From: an uncultured Gammaproteobacteria bacterium
GTDB lineage: Bacteria > Pseudomonadota > Gammaproteobacteria > CAZYYU01
Reading direction: 5' to 3'
DNA: 64,000 bases
NCBI GenBank assembly: GCA_964651735.1
Contig: CAZYYU010000005.1
Location: forward strand, 83,031 to 147,030
Numbering within the stretch: the first letter of the stretch is position 1; each line of letters begins with the position of its first letter. The notes under the pieces are model-generated. The model was not told where the DNA came from. It saw only the letters and a list, made by a program, of their open reading frames with translations, and did no database searches. A program made the position numbers and the translations under genes. Of this stretch, positions 1 to 8,263 are shown piece after piece.

Positions 1-557
1 GTTTTTGCGCGATGAATTTGTTCAATTTCAGATTCGCTCAGTTTTGCACCCGTGGCTGCTAAATCCAGAGCTTGACCTCCCGCCATACCATAAGTGCCAC
101 AACTTTTTGCAAGAATATTAATGAGTTCAAGTCGTTTGGATAATTTTAGCATTGTGTGATAATTTTCGGCTAAAATACCGAAGGCTAAAGATTGTAAAGC
201 ATCTCCTACTAAAATGGCGGTAGCTTCATCAAAAGCCACGTGACAGGTTGGTTGTCCTCGTCGTAATTCATCATTATCCATTGAGGGTAAATCATCATGC
301 GTTAAGGAATACACATGAATCATTTCAATGCTGCAAGCAATGCGATCTAATTCAAATTTTTCTGCAGCTAAGGGTAAGCCTGTGGCATAAACAAGTTGTG
401 GACGAATTCGTTTTCCACCATTCATACAAACGTAATGCATGGCTTGATGAAGTTGTACAGGAATATCATGTACGGGTGGTAAGAAACCCAAGAGAGTTTG
501 ATTAAAATGTTTTAATTGCGTTTCAAAATAGGCATCGATAGGATTTTTGACTAGCAT
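1..557 (-). CDS. ispA: Farnesyl-diphosphate synthase (trans-prenyltransferase), N-terminal part; gene runs off the left edge
   Basis: Own translation of the minus strand from ATG at 557: MLVKNPIDAYFETQLKHFNQ...GGKRIRPQLVYATG...EMIHVYSLTHDDLPSMDNDELRRGQPTCH...GGQALDL. Contains the first Asp-rich motif of polyprenyl synthases. The ATG overlaps the xseB stop (TAATG), the usual xseB-ispA order. Confidence 0.85.
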   Translation of the reverse strand, partial: MLVKNPIDAYFETQLKHFNQTLLGFLPPVHDIPVQLHQAMHYVCMNGGKRIRPQLVYATGLPLAAEKFELDRIACSIEMIHVYSLTHDDLPSMDNDELRRGQPTCHVAFDEATAILVGDALQSLAFGILAENYHTMLKLSKRLELINILAKSCGTYGMAGGQALDLAATGAKLSESEIEQIHRAK

Positions 558-799
558 TATTTATTATCTTCAGTATCAAATGGTATTAAATTGTTATCAT
601 CAGGATCACCAACTAAGAGCTTCACTTTTTGTTCGGCTTCTTGCAGTGCGCTTTGACATTGTCGTGTGAGCTTTACGCCTTGCTCAAAGGCTTTTAAAGA
701 ATCTTCAAGGCTGATATTGCTTTTTTCCATTTTTTCGACCAAAGCGGTGAGTTCACTCAATGCTTTTTCAAAATCGATGGTTGGTTTTTTTGCTGACAT
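557..799 (-). CDS. xseB: Exodeoxyribonuclease VII small subunit
   Basis: 80-aa ORF. MSAKKPTIDFEKALSELTALVEKMEKSNISLEDSLKAFEQGVKLTRQCQ has the typical XseB size and helical pattern; ispA lies immediately downstream. Confidence 0.9.
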   Translation of the reverse strand: MSAKKPTIDFEKALSELTALVEKMEKSNISLEDSLKAFEQGVKLTRQCQSALQEAEQKVKLLVGDPDDNNLIPFDTEDNK

Positions 800-897
800 G
801 TCTTTGTACCTTTGCTTAGGGGCTTATATTACAAAATTTGCAGTAAATTAGAAAGAGTTAGAGTTTGAGAATGTGGGAGGGAGCTAGTTGGAGAGAA

Positions 898-1010
898 GCC
901 AGCAGCTGCGGGATCTTATATCAGGACACGCCGTGAACCCGTCCCTGGGGGCTCGGTAAAAAACATCCTTGTTTTTTACGGTCCTGATATAAGATCCCGC
1001 AGCCGCTGGC
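898..1010. repeat. 113-bp GC-rich nested palindromic element (REP/MITE-like or structured RNA)
   Basis: Arm 898-927 GCCAGCAGCTGCGGGATCTTATATCAGGAC is complementary to 981-1010 at 29/30 positions. The interior carries a second hairpin, GTAAAAAACA (956-965)/TGTTTTTTAC (970-979). Intergenic, and clearly more GC-rich than its flanks. Confidence 0.6.
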
Positions 1011-1123
1011 TTTGTGCTAATTCATAGTTATTGTGTTTTGTTTATTGAGGACTGTTTGCGTCATTGCAAGCGGAAGGTTTAAGGACTATATAAGAGATAT
1101 TGTGTGATTCTTCAGGATTGAGG

Positions 1124-1261
1124 CTAGTGTTTATTGGTTTTCTTTTTTTTGTTTTGTTTCTTGAAATAAGCATCATAAATACGTTTGGCTTCACGAAAGT
1201 CATCATTTTTGAGATGATGTAACACTTCTTGTTGTAGTGGTTTAGGAAGCGTGTCGAACAT
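1124..1261 (-). CDS. Small hypothetical protein (45 aa, below ORF-track cutoff)
   Basis: Own translation: MFDTLPKPLQQEVLHHLKNDDFREAKRIYDAYFKKQNKKKKTNKH. GGAG-like SD (aaaaGGAGccactg) precedes the ATG. No family recognised. Confidence 0.3.
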   Translation of the reverse strand: MFDTLPKPLQQEVLHHLKNDDFREAKRIYDAYFKKQNKKKKTNKH

Positions 1262-1387
1262 CAGTGGCTCCTTTTAATAAGAGTTAAGGTTATTTTAAGC
1301 TAGCTCTTTGTGAATTATAGGAACCTTTAGGAATGATGTATGTAAGAAAAAATGATAGTGGCTTGTGAGATATTTGCCATAGTCATT

Positions 1388-1416
1388 TTGACAATAGGCT
1401 TGGCTTTTGGTCTAAT
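1388..1416 (+). promoter_or_regulatory. Candidate sigma70 promoter for the DUF62 gene
   Basis: TTGACA (1388-1393), 17-nt spacer, TCTAAT (1411-1416), about 28 nt upstream of the ATG at 1444. Confidence 0.35.
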
Positions 1417-1443
1417 CGACCCTTTAGGCTAGGCGGGGACTGT

Positions 1444-2340
1444 ATGTTAACACGATTAAAGACCATATTATTGCTCACTTCTACACTTAACCTCATCGCG
1501 CTGGCCTCTTTCGCCAGTCCTTTGGTGCTTGAAACAGACTTTGGCCTAAAAGATGGTGCAGTCAGTGCAATGAAGGGTGTGATATACCAAGTTGATCCTC
1601 AAAACCAAGTATCCGATTTGACGCATGAGATCGAGCCTTACAACATCTGGGAAGCCAGTTACCGATTATATCAAACCGCTCCATATTGGCCGAAGGGAAG
1701 TGTATTCGTTATTGTTGTAGATCCAGGTGTAGGGACGGAACGAAAGTCTATTGTTGCCAAGTCCAAAAAAGGACATTTTTTTGTCACTCCAGATAACGGT
1801 ACGCTCACGCTGATCCAAAAAGAAGAAGGCATTGAGGAAGTTCGCATTATTGATGAAAAAATTAATCGACTTCCAGGTTCAGATCGCTCTCATACTTTTC
1901 ATGGTCGTGATGTTTATGCCTATACGGGTGCTCGTTTAGCCTCAGGAAAAATTTCTTTTGAAGAAGTTGGTCCTAAATATCATCATGCTTTAGTGACTTT
2001 TCCTCTTCATGAAGCGACTTTCAAAAATCACGTGTTAAGAGGATCAATTCCCATTCATGATGTTCGTTATGGAAATATTTGGTCGAATATTCCGGCGAAA
2101 TTAATGGATGAGATGAAAATGAAATTAAATAAAAAATACCACGTGAAAATTTTTCACAAGGCTAAAAAAGTGTTTGATCAAGAATTACCTTATTTAAAAT
2201 CCTTTGGAAGTGTGAAAAAAGGAGAGGCGATGATTTATCTCAATAGTCTTGAAAATCTTTCTGTAGGGATTAATCAGGAGAGTTTTGCGAAGCGTTATCA
2301 TATTTCTACGGGTCCTGATTGGGTTATTGAAATCGAATAG
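1444..2340 (+). CDS. SAM hydroxide adenosyltransferase / SAM-dependent chlorinase-fluorinase family (DUF62) protein with N-terminal signal peptide
   Basis: Family-typical motifs DFGLKDGAVSAMKGVI, VVDPGVGTERKSI, FVTPDNGTLT and HTFHGRDVYAYTGARLASG. N-terminus MLTRLKTILLLTSTLNLIALASFASP looks like a Sec signal. Confidence 0.75.
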   Translation: MLTRLKTILLLTSTLNLIALASFASPLVLETDFGLKDGAVSAMKGVIYQVDPQNQVSDLTHEIEPYNIWEASYRLYQTAPYWPKGSVFVIVVDPGVGTERKSIVAKSKKGHFFVTPDNGTLTLIQKEEGIEEVRIIDEKINRLPGSDRSHTFHGRDVYAYTGARLASGKISFEEVGPKYHHALVTFPLHEATFKNHVLRGSIPIHDVRYGNIWSNIPAKLMDEMKMKLNKKYHVKIFHKAKKVFDQELPYLKSFGSVKKGEAMIYLNSLENLSVGINQESFAKRYHISTGPDWVIEIE

Positions 2341-2346
2341 ACTGCT

Positions 2347-2365
2347 CCCCCTTCCGGGGGAAGGG
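2347..2365. terminator. Hairpin between convergent genes (possible bidirectional terminator)
   Basis: CCCTTCC (2349-2355), GGG loop, GGAAGGG (2359-2365). It sits in the 25-nt gap between the stops at 2340 (+) and 2366 (-). There is no clear U-tract. Confidence 0.45.
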
Positions 2366-3562
2366 TTATAGTTCTTGGAAGGATTTTTTAATAATTGCTA
2401 CTGCATCATCAATTTGTTCACGCGTAATAATTAAGGGTGGAGCCAATCGAATAACAGTCTCATGCGTTTCTTTACTCAAGAGCCCATTTTTCATTAAGGT
2501 TAAGCACACTTTGCGTGCTTCAATTAAACGAGTGTCAATTTCTACGCCGATAAATAATCCTTTTCCCCGTAAATTTTTGATGTAGGGAGTGTCAATTTTT
2601 TGTAACTGTTCCAGTAAATAAGCCCCTAATTCAGCAGAGCGTTCTGGCAATTTTTCTTCAATGAGCACTTCTAGCGCTGCTTTTCCTATCCTGCTCGCGA
2701 GTTCATTTCCACCAAAGGTGCTTCCATGATCTCCGGGTTTAAATAAATCCATAATTTCATTTTTAGCGAGAAATAATGACACCGGATACATGCCACCACC
2801 CAAAGCTTTGCCTAATATAACTCCATCGGGTTTGACATTTTCATGATCACAGGCGAGTAATTTTCCCGTTCTTCCTAATCCCGTTTGAATTTCATCGCAA
2901 ATTAAAAGCACATTATTTTTTTTGCAAATCTCTGCACATTTTGCAAGATAACCTGCGGGTGGAAAAATAATACCGGCCTCACCTTGCACAGGCTCTACTA
3001 AAAAAGCGGCAGTGTTTGGTGTGATGGCTTTTTCTAAAGCACTATGATCACCAAAAGGAATAATTTTAAATCCGGGGGTGAGGGGGCCAAAATCTGCTTT
3101 ATAACGAGGCTCACTTGAAAAACTTATTATGGTAGTCGTGCGGCCGTGAAAATTATGTTCACAGACAATAATTTCAGCTTGGTTGTCTGGTACACCTTTC
3201 ACTAAATAGGCCCATTTTCGTGCAGCTTTGATGGAAAACTCAACGGCTTCTGCACCGCTATTTAAAGGTGCTGCTTTATCTTGCTTCATCAGTTCACAAG
3301 CCAATTTTAAAAATTCACCCAAATATTTAGTGTGATATGCGCGAGAAACAACCGCTAAGGTTTGGGCTTGTTCACAAAATATTTTCGTTAATTTAGGATG
3401 GCAGTGTCCATGTGTAATGGCTGAATAAGCACTCATCATATCGATGTAAGATTTTCCATCGGCATCCCAAGTGTAAACACCTTGGCCTTTAACGATTACT
3501 ACGGGTAAAGATTTGTAATAGTGTGGAGTGTAATGTTGTTCAAGATCTATTATTTTTTGCAT
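2366..3562 (-). CDS. rocD: Ornithine--oxo-acid aminotransferase (class III PLP aminotransferase)
   Basis: 398 aa. GAEAVEFSIKAARKWAY, NFHGRTTTIISFSSEPRYKADFGPLTPGFKIIPFGD, DEIQTGLGRTGK and GDHGSTFGGN resemble OAT. Translationally adjacent to the arginase-family gene. Confidence 0.85.
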   Translation of the reverse strand: MQKIIDLEQHYTPHYYKSLPVVIVKGQGVYTWDADGKSYIDMMSAYSAITHGHCHPKLTKIFCEQAQTLAVVSRAYHTKYLGEFLKLACELMKQDKAAPLNSGAEAVEFSIKAARKWAYLVKGVPDNQAEIIVCEHNFHGRTTTIISFSSEPRYKADFGPLTPGFKIIPFGDHSALEKAITPNTAAFLVEPVQGEAGIIFPPAGYLAKCAEICKKNNVLLICDEIQTGLGRTGKLLACDHENVKPDGVILGKALGGGMYPVSLFLAKNEIMDLFKPGDHGSTFGGNELASRIGKAALEVLIEEKLPERSAELGAYLLEQLQKIDTPYIKNLRGKGLFIGVEIDTRLIEARKVCLTLMKNGLLSKETHETVIRLAPPLIITREQIDDAVAIIKKSFQEL

Positions 3563-4450
3563 TTAACTCTCCTTACGATCAGCAAATACACTGATCAATT
3601 CTATAATGATTTTTTCTGTTTTATTATTCAGGTCCAATACAGGATTAAATTCTACGATTTCTAATCCTAATAAACGTTTATCATGTTTCAGTGCAAACAT
3701 TTCTTCTTTTAGTATAGTACTCTTCAGGCCATCAGGAGCTGGTGAACCAACACCAGGAGCATCAATGGGATCTATCACATCAAGGTCCAGACAAATACCA
3801 TATCCCAGGGTGTTTCGATTGACTTGCTCAATCGCTTCTTCGAAAACGGCATGTAAACCGCGAGCCTGAATCTCTGGCATGTAATAAATTCGAACACCCA
3901 GCGATTCCAGTAGGGCTTTTTCAGGAGCCTCATAACTTCGGGCGCCGATGACACAGACATTTTCAGGTGCGATTTTGGGGCCTTGGTATTGAATGTGGGT
4001 CAAGCGTTCATCACCTTGACCCAAGAGTACTGCTAAGGGCATGCCATGTACGTTTTTGCTCTCTGAGCTCTGAGGCGTGTGGCTATCTAAATGAGCATCC
4101 AGCCAGATTAAACCAATGGCGCCTTGAGCGCGTTTCGCATCAGCTACACCACTCCAACTCCCGATTGAGCAACAATTATCGCCACCGAGGGTAATGAAAA
4201 AAGTATTATTTTTGATAAGCTGAGTGCTGCTCTGTGCTAAAGCTTCATTTATCTTAGCAATAGCAGGAATAGCTGCTAGTTTTTCAACCTTTTCCTCGGA
4301 TCTTAAAAACTTGAATTGATCGATAAAATGGTTTATTTTATTAAAATATTTGGATTTATTGATGGTCTCAGGGCCTCGCGAGCAATCATGATTGCCCGCA
4401 CCTATACCTGATGCATATCCTAAGATCGTGGTTTTTTTGGCATTGTCCAT
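3563..4450 (-). CDS. Arginase/ureohydrolase-family protein (atypical first metal motif)
   Basis: 295 aa. Has DAHLD (WLDAHLDSHT) and the DLDVIDP...GVGSP motif of the arginase fold, but the canonical GGDHS reads GGDNCCS. Confidence 0.8.
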   Translation of the reverse strand: MDNAKKTTILGYASGIGAGNHDCSRGPETINKSKYFNKINHFIDQFKFLRSEEKVEKLAAIPAIAKINEALAQSSTQLIKNNTFFITLGGDNCCSIGSWSGVADAKRAQGAIGLIWLDAHLDSHTPQSSESKNVHGMPLAVLLGQGDERLTHIQYQGPKIAPENVCVIGARSYEAPEKALLESLGVRIYYMPEIQARGLHAVFEEAIEQVNRNTLGYGICLDLDVIDPIDAPGVGSPAPDGLKSTILKEEMFALKHDKRLLGLEIVEFNPVLDLNNKTEKIIIELISVFADRKES

Positions 4451-4471
4451 AATTCCACCATTTAATTACTA

Positions 4472-4547
4472 TGGCGCTCCCTAGGGGATTCGAACCCCTG
4501 TTACTGCCGTGAGAGGGCAAGGTCCTAGGCCTCTAGACGAAGGGAGC
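4472..4547 (-). tRNA. tRNA-Glu, anticodon CUC as read
   Basis: Reverse complement: GCTCCCTTCGTCTAGAGGCCTAGGACCTTGCCCTCTCACGGCAGTAACAGGGGTTCGAATCCCCTAGGGAGCGCCA. It aligns position for position with E. coli tRNA-Glu. Anticodon loop is CT-CTC-AC; the 3' CCA is encoded. Confidence 0.85.
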
Positions 4548-4592
4548 CTGTAAAAAAAGTATAGTTCGCATTTAACAGGATATTTAAAGATT

Positions 4593-5846
4593 GTGACAAC
4601 AAACATTTCTATAAAAACACGCGTACCACAGATAATCTCACGTTCTGAGCATAATATTTCACGTGAAAATATCAGTAAAGCCGCATTAAAGGTGTTATAT
4701 CGTCTCCATGAGGCTGGGTATGATGCTTTTTTAGTGGGTGGTAGTGTGAGGGATTTATTATTAGGAATATTACCCAAAGATTTTGATGTGGCAACCAATG
4801 CACATCCAGAACAAATCCGGTCATTATTTTCAAACAGTCACATTATCGGCAAACGATTTAAATTAGTTCATGTTCGTTATGGTCGAGAAATTATTGAGGT
4901 GGTCACTTATCGAGGACATGATCCGGAGCATGAGCACCATCAACAATCTGCTTCGGGAATGATTTTGCGTGATAACGTTTATGGTTCTTTGGAAGAAGAT
5001 GCTTTACGTCGCGATTTTACCGTTAATGCACTCTATTACAATATTGCTGATTTTAGTGTAGTAGATGATGTTGATGGAATGAAAGATATTTTGTCAAAAA
5101 CATTGCGAATGATAGGAGATCCTAAAAAACGTTTTCGTGAAGATCCTGTGCGTATGATTCGAGCCGTTCGTTTAGCTACAAAATTAGATTTAAAGATTGA
5201 GAAAAAAACAATGGATGGCATTGTTGAACTGAATGAACTGATTAATCAGGTTCCTGCCGCAAGATTATTTGATGAATTTTTGAAAATCAGTTTGGGCGGA
5301 CATTCAGAAAAAACTTTTGCGCTTTTAGAAAAAGTAGGTTTGTTGGCGGTATTATTTCCTCGTTTATGGAAACATTATCATAGCGAGGATGCGCTGAATA
5401 TTCGAAAACTGATGACAGTGGCATTATCCTCAACCGATTCGCGAATACAAGAAGAGAAGGGTGTGCACCCTGCCTTTTTAATTGCAGTATTATTATGGCC
5501 TTCGTTTAAAGAAACGCTGGAGCACCATTTAGATCAAGGTGAAAAATTTTTTGGCGCCTTAGCTAAATCACTCAAATATATTTTGAAACATCATAATATG
5601 CCGATGTCAGTTCCACGACGTTTAACCTTAGTAATTGAAGAAATTTGGACCTTACAATATCATTTGCCCCAAACTCGTCGTACCCGAATTTTCAGTACTT
5701 TGAATCATCCACGTTTTAGAGCAGCTTATGATTTTATGTTGCTGCGTGCTGAAGTTGATCCTAGTTTAACTCCACTTTGTGCTTGGTGGGAAAAATTTCA
5801 AGCCGCTACTAAAAAAGAACAAGAGGAGCTATTACGTGCACGATGA
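4593..5846 (+). CDS. pcnB: Poly(A) polymerase I
   Basis: 417 aa, GTG start. LHEAGYDAFLVGGSVRDLLLGILPKDFDVATNAHPEQIRSLF and RFKLVHVRYGREIIEVVTYRG are typical PcnB. folK follows, as in E. coli. Confidence 0.9.
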   Translation: MTTNISIKTRVPQIISRSEHNISRENISKAALKVLYRLHEAGYDAFLVGGSVRDLLLGILPKDFDVATNAHPEQIRSLFSNSHIIGKRFKLVHVRYGREIIEVVTYRGHDPEHEHHQQSASGMILRDNVYGSLEEDALRRDFTVNALYYNIADFSVVDDVDGMKDILSKTLRMIGDPKKRFREDPVRMIRAVRLATKLDLKIEKKTMDGIVELNELINQVPAARLFDEFLKISLGGHSEKTFALLEKVGLLAVLFPRLWKHYHSEDALNIRKLMTVALSSTDSRIQEEKGVHPAFLIAVLLWPSFKETLEHHLDQGEKFFGALAKSLKYILKHHNMPMSVPRRLTLVIEEIWTLQYHLPQTRRTRIFSTLNHPRFRAAYDFMLLRAEVDPSLTPLCAWWEKFQAATKKEQEELLRAR

Positions 5847-5850
5847 TATT

Positions 5851-6342
5851 ATGGCTTATATTGGTATTGGCAGTAACTTGAATAATCCAATTGCACAAGT
5901 TCGAAATACCATTTCCAGCTTAAATGAATTGCCTGCCTCGAAAGTAGTGAACACTTCGAGTCTTTACAGTACCTCTCCTGTTGGTGTGGATGGACATCCC
6001 GATTACATCAATGCAGTGGTTGCGCTGAGTACACGCTTAGGGAGTGATCAATTATTAGAACACTTGCTTGATTTAGAAAAAATAGCTGGCAGAGAGCGTG
6101 AGCCTGGGCGGGTGTTACCGCGAGTGATCGATAACGATCTCCTTCTATACGGAAATCATGTGATTCATCAAGAGCATCTCTGTGTCCCTCATCCACGTAT
6201 GTACAGTAGAGGCTTTGTATTAATTCCTCTCTATGAAATTGCACCGGAATTAGTGTTTCCTGACGGAAAAGTACTAAAATTACTAGTAGAGGAATGGCGT
6301 GAGCAAGACACTGATCAGGTTAAAAGGATAGAAAATGAGTAA
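5851..6342 (+). CDS. folK: 2-amino-4-hydroxy-6-hydroxymethyldihydropteridine pyrophosphokinase
   Basis: MAYIGIGSNLNNP...YSTSPVG...DIDLL-like (VIDNDLLLYG)...PHPRMYSRGFVLIPLYEI. I place the start at ATG 5851, not the ORF-track 5779, which overlaps pcnB. Confidence 0.9.
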   Translation: MAYIGIGSNLNNPIAQVRNTISSLNELPASKVVNTSSLYSTSPVGVDGHPDYINAVVALSTRLGSDQLLEHLLDLEKIAGREREPGRVLPRVIDNDLLLYGNHVIHQEHLCVPHPRMYSRGFVLIPLYEIAPELVFPDGKVLKLLVEEWREQDTDQVKRIENE

Positions 6343-6808
6343 GAAAGTTATTTATCCAGGGACATTTGATCCCATTACACATGGGCATAAAGATATTATC
6401 GTCCGTGCCTTATCGATTTTTGATGCTGTGGTGGTTGCTATTGGTAATAATTCCTCTAAAAAAACATTATTATCTTTGGATGATCGTTTAGAATTGACAC
6501 GATTGGTCTTATCCGATTTAAAAAATGTTAGTGTAAAAAGTTTTTCAGGATTAATTGTTGATTTTGTAAAAGAAGAAAAAGCAAATACCATTTTGCGCGG
6601 TGTGCGTGATGAAGTTGATTTTTCCTTCGAGACTCAGCAAGCCAGCATGAATAAAACGATGGCACCTGATATAGAAACGATGTTTATGATTCCCAGTGAT
6701 CAATATAGAAATATCTCTTCCTCATTAGTACGAGAAATAGCTCGATTAAAGGGTGATGTCACACCCTTTGTCGATAAAAAAGTTGTGGAATATTTATGGC
6801 GCTTATGA
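6335..6808 (+). CDS. coaD: Phosphopantetheine adenylyltransferase
   Basis: 157 aa. VIYPGTFDPITHGHKDII and ILRGVRDEVDFSFE are CoaD signatures. Confidence 0.9.
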   Translation: MSKKVIYPGTFDPITHGHKDIIVRALSIFDAVVVAIGNNSSKKTLLSLDDRLELTRLVLSDLKNVSVKSFSGLIVDFVKEEKANTILRGVRDEVDFSFETQQASMNKTMAPDIETMFMIPSDQYRNISSSLVREIARLKGDVTPFVDKKVVEYLWRL

Positions 6809-7047
6809 TTACAGATGATTGTATTAATTGTGATGTCTGTGAGCCGGAATGTCCTAATGATGCTATTTTTCAAGGTGTAGATATTTACGAAATTGACCCG
6901 CTGAAATGTACAGAATGTGTGGGGCATTTTGATAAACCACAATGTCAACAGGTGTGCCCAGTGGATTGCATTCCACTCAATCCCAATTTTAAAGAAACTC
7001 AGGAGCAACTGCTGAAGAAGTACCATTCTTTGATGGCGCAAAAGTAG
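6796..7047 (+). CDS. YfhL-type 2x[4Fe-4S] ferredoxin
   Basis: 83 aa. MALMITDDCINCDVCEPECPNDAI...CTECVGHFDKPQCQQVCPVDC is near-colinear with E. coli YfhL. Confidence 0.85.
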   Translation: MALMITDDCINCDVCEPECPNDAIFQGVDIYEIDPLKCTECVGHFDKPQCQQVCPVDCIPLNPNFKETQEQLLKKYHSLMAQK

Positions 7048-8107
7048 CCTCATGTTTGGCTTGGCATAATTTAAGTTGTAATCGATAGAATTTTTTCAGT
7101 AATGTGATATCTTCTGCTGTGGTTAATTGAGTTGGTGAAATCAAACGCCGTTCTTTATCAACCTTTTCAAATAATTTTCTAATTTTTTCAATTTGGGGAG
7201 AGCTTTCATCCACCTCTGCTTCCAGTGAGCATTTAAAGGCGAAAAAGCTGTGATTGCTTGCATCCATTGAGTGCAATTTGGATAAATGTGAGCAATAGCT
7301 TTGCTCAATATGTTGAACAAATTCACTAAGGGCGTGATAGTGAACTATTTTTGCGGCTTTATTGCGTGAGCTAAAAGAAGAAAGTTGTTCTGGAGGTTTG
7401 TGTTCTTGATGATATAGGCATAGCTCTGTGTAAAATTTTTCAAGATTGTGATGTTTAAAAAGGAAGGCACTACAGAGTGTAAGAAATTGTTTTTCATAAT
7501 TTTGCAATTCTTGTCCATTCCAAGTTTTTTCATTTTCTGTAAAATCCATACACATGCTGTAAAGAATCTTAACCGTGGGTTCTTTTTTTCCAAAGAATGC
7601 TAATAAAGGAGCGCATATTTTGTCGGCGAAAAAGCTATGGCATCGTAATAATGATAAACACTTTTTAAGCGCTTGCTCTGATTTCGCAACAATGTCTAAT
7701 AAAGGTTGATGTGATAAGCGTGAGAGGCCTTCGTAGGGGTTTTGCAAAAAACGCACAACCAAAGCCTCCACTTCTAAGAGATCCTGACTATGGTCTGTTG
7801 ATAATTTAAGGTTTGGATTTGAGAGGCCAAGCAAGAGTTTATTCAATGAAGATTTTAGCAATATGGCATCCAGTTTTAGGAAATGGCTAATAAGGTCATG
7901 TAATAAGGAGTCTTTCTGAACCTCCGATAGATCCCTCTCAATGAATTTTTGATAAAGTAAGTCTTTTTTAAGAGCATTCTCAACTAAACCTTCTTTTTTG
8001 GATAAGACAGAGATGCAGGAATGTAGAACTTCAGAAATGTCTCTTAGCAGTAGGCCTTGAGCAGAAGTATCTTTTAGGGATGGCTGAGAAGTTTTGTTTC
8101 TTTTCAT
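6989..8107 (-). CDS. Hypothetical 372-aa helical protein, no family recognised (possible Dot/Icm substrate)
   Basis: Long uninterrupted ORF, Leu/Lys/Ser-rich, with no TM segment or signal peptide. Its 3' end overlaps the convergent ferredoxin gene by 59 nt. Confidence 0.5.
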   Translation of the reverse strand: MKRNKTSQPSLKDTSAQGLLLRDISEVLHSCISVLSKKEGLVENALKKDLLYQKFIERDLSEVQKDSLLHDLISHFLKLDAILLKSSLNKLLLGLSNPNLKLSTDHSQDLLEVEALVVRFLQNPYEGLSRLSHQPLLDIVAKSEQALKKCLSLLRCHSFFADKICAPLLAFFGKKEPTVKILYSMCMDFTENEKTWNGQELQNYEKQFLTLCSAFLFKHHNLEKFYTELCLYHQEHKPPEQLSSFSSRNKAAKIVHYHALSEFVQHIEQSYCSHLSKLHSMDASNHSFFAFKCSLEAEVDESSPQIEKIRKLFEKVDKERRLISPTQLTTAEDITLLKKFYRLQLKLCQAKHEATFAPSKNGTSSAVAPEFL

Positions 8108-8263
8108 GGGGTGAGTCCTATCATTAGATGGCCATTTTAAGATAAGGAGATCATCTTTGCTACTACAGGCCTCACCCCACTAGCAAGGCAACACTTCAGA
8201 CTATCAATTCAAAGGTGATTCGCGTATAATCTGAGTTTTCATCAATACTCTAGGAGTAACGCT

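Noticed and set aside
248-505. 85-aa plus-strand ORF
   Set aside because: It lies entirely antisense within the ispA reading frame, whose translation shows clear prenyltransferase motifs. It is a shadow ORF.
3606-4194. Plus-strand ORFs of 87 and 75 aa (and a 61-aa minus-strand alternate frame) inside the arginase gene
   Set aside because: They are antisense or alternate-frame to a well-supported arginase-family CDS.
4481-4798. 105-aa minus-strand ORF
   Set aside because: It overlaps the tRNA-Glu gene and the 5' end of pcnB. No motifs were seen, and it is best explained as chance.
5779-5850. N-terminal extension of folK in the ORF track
   Set aside because: It overlaps the pcnB 3' end. The conserved HPPK sequence begins at MAYIGIGSN (ATG 5851).
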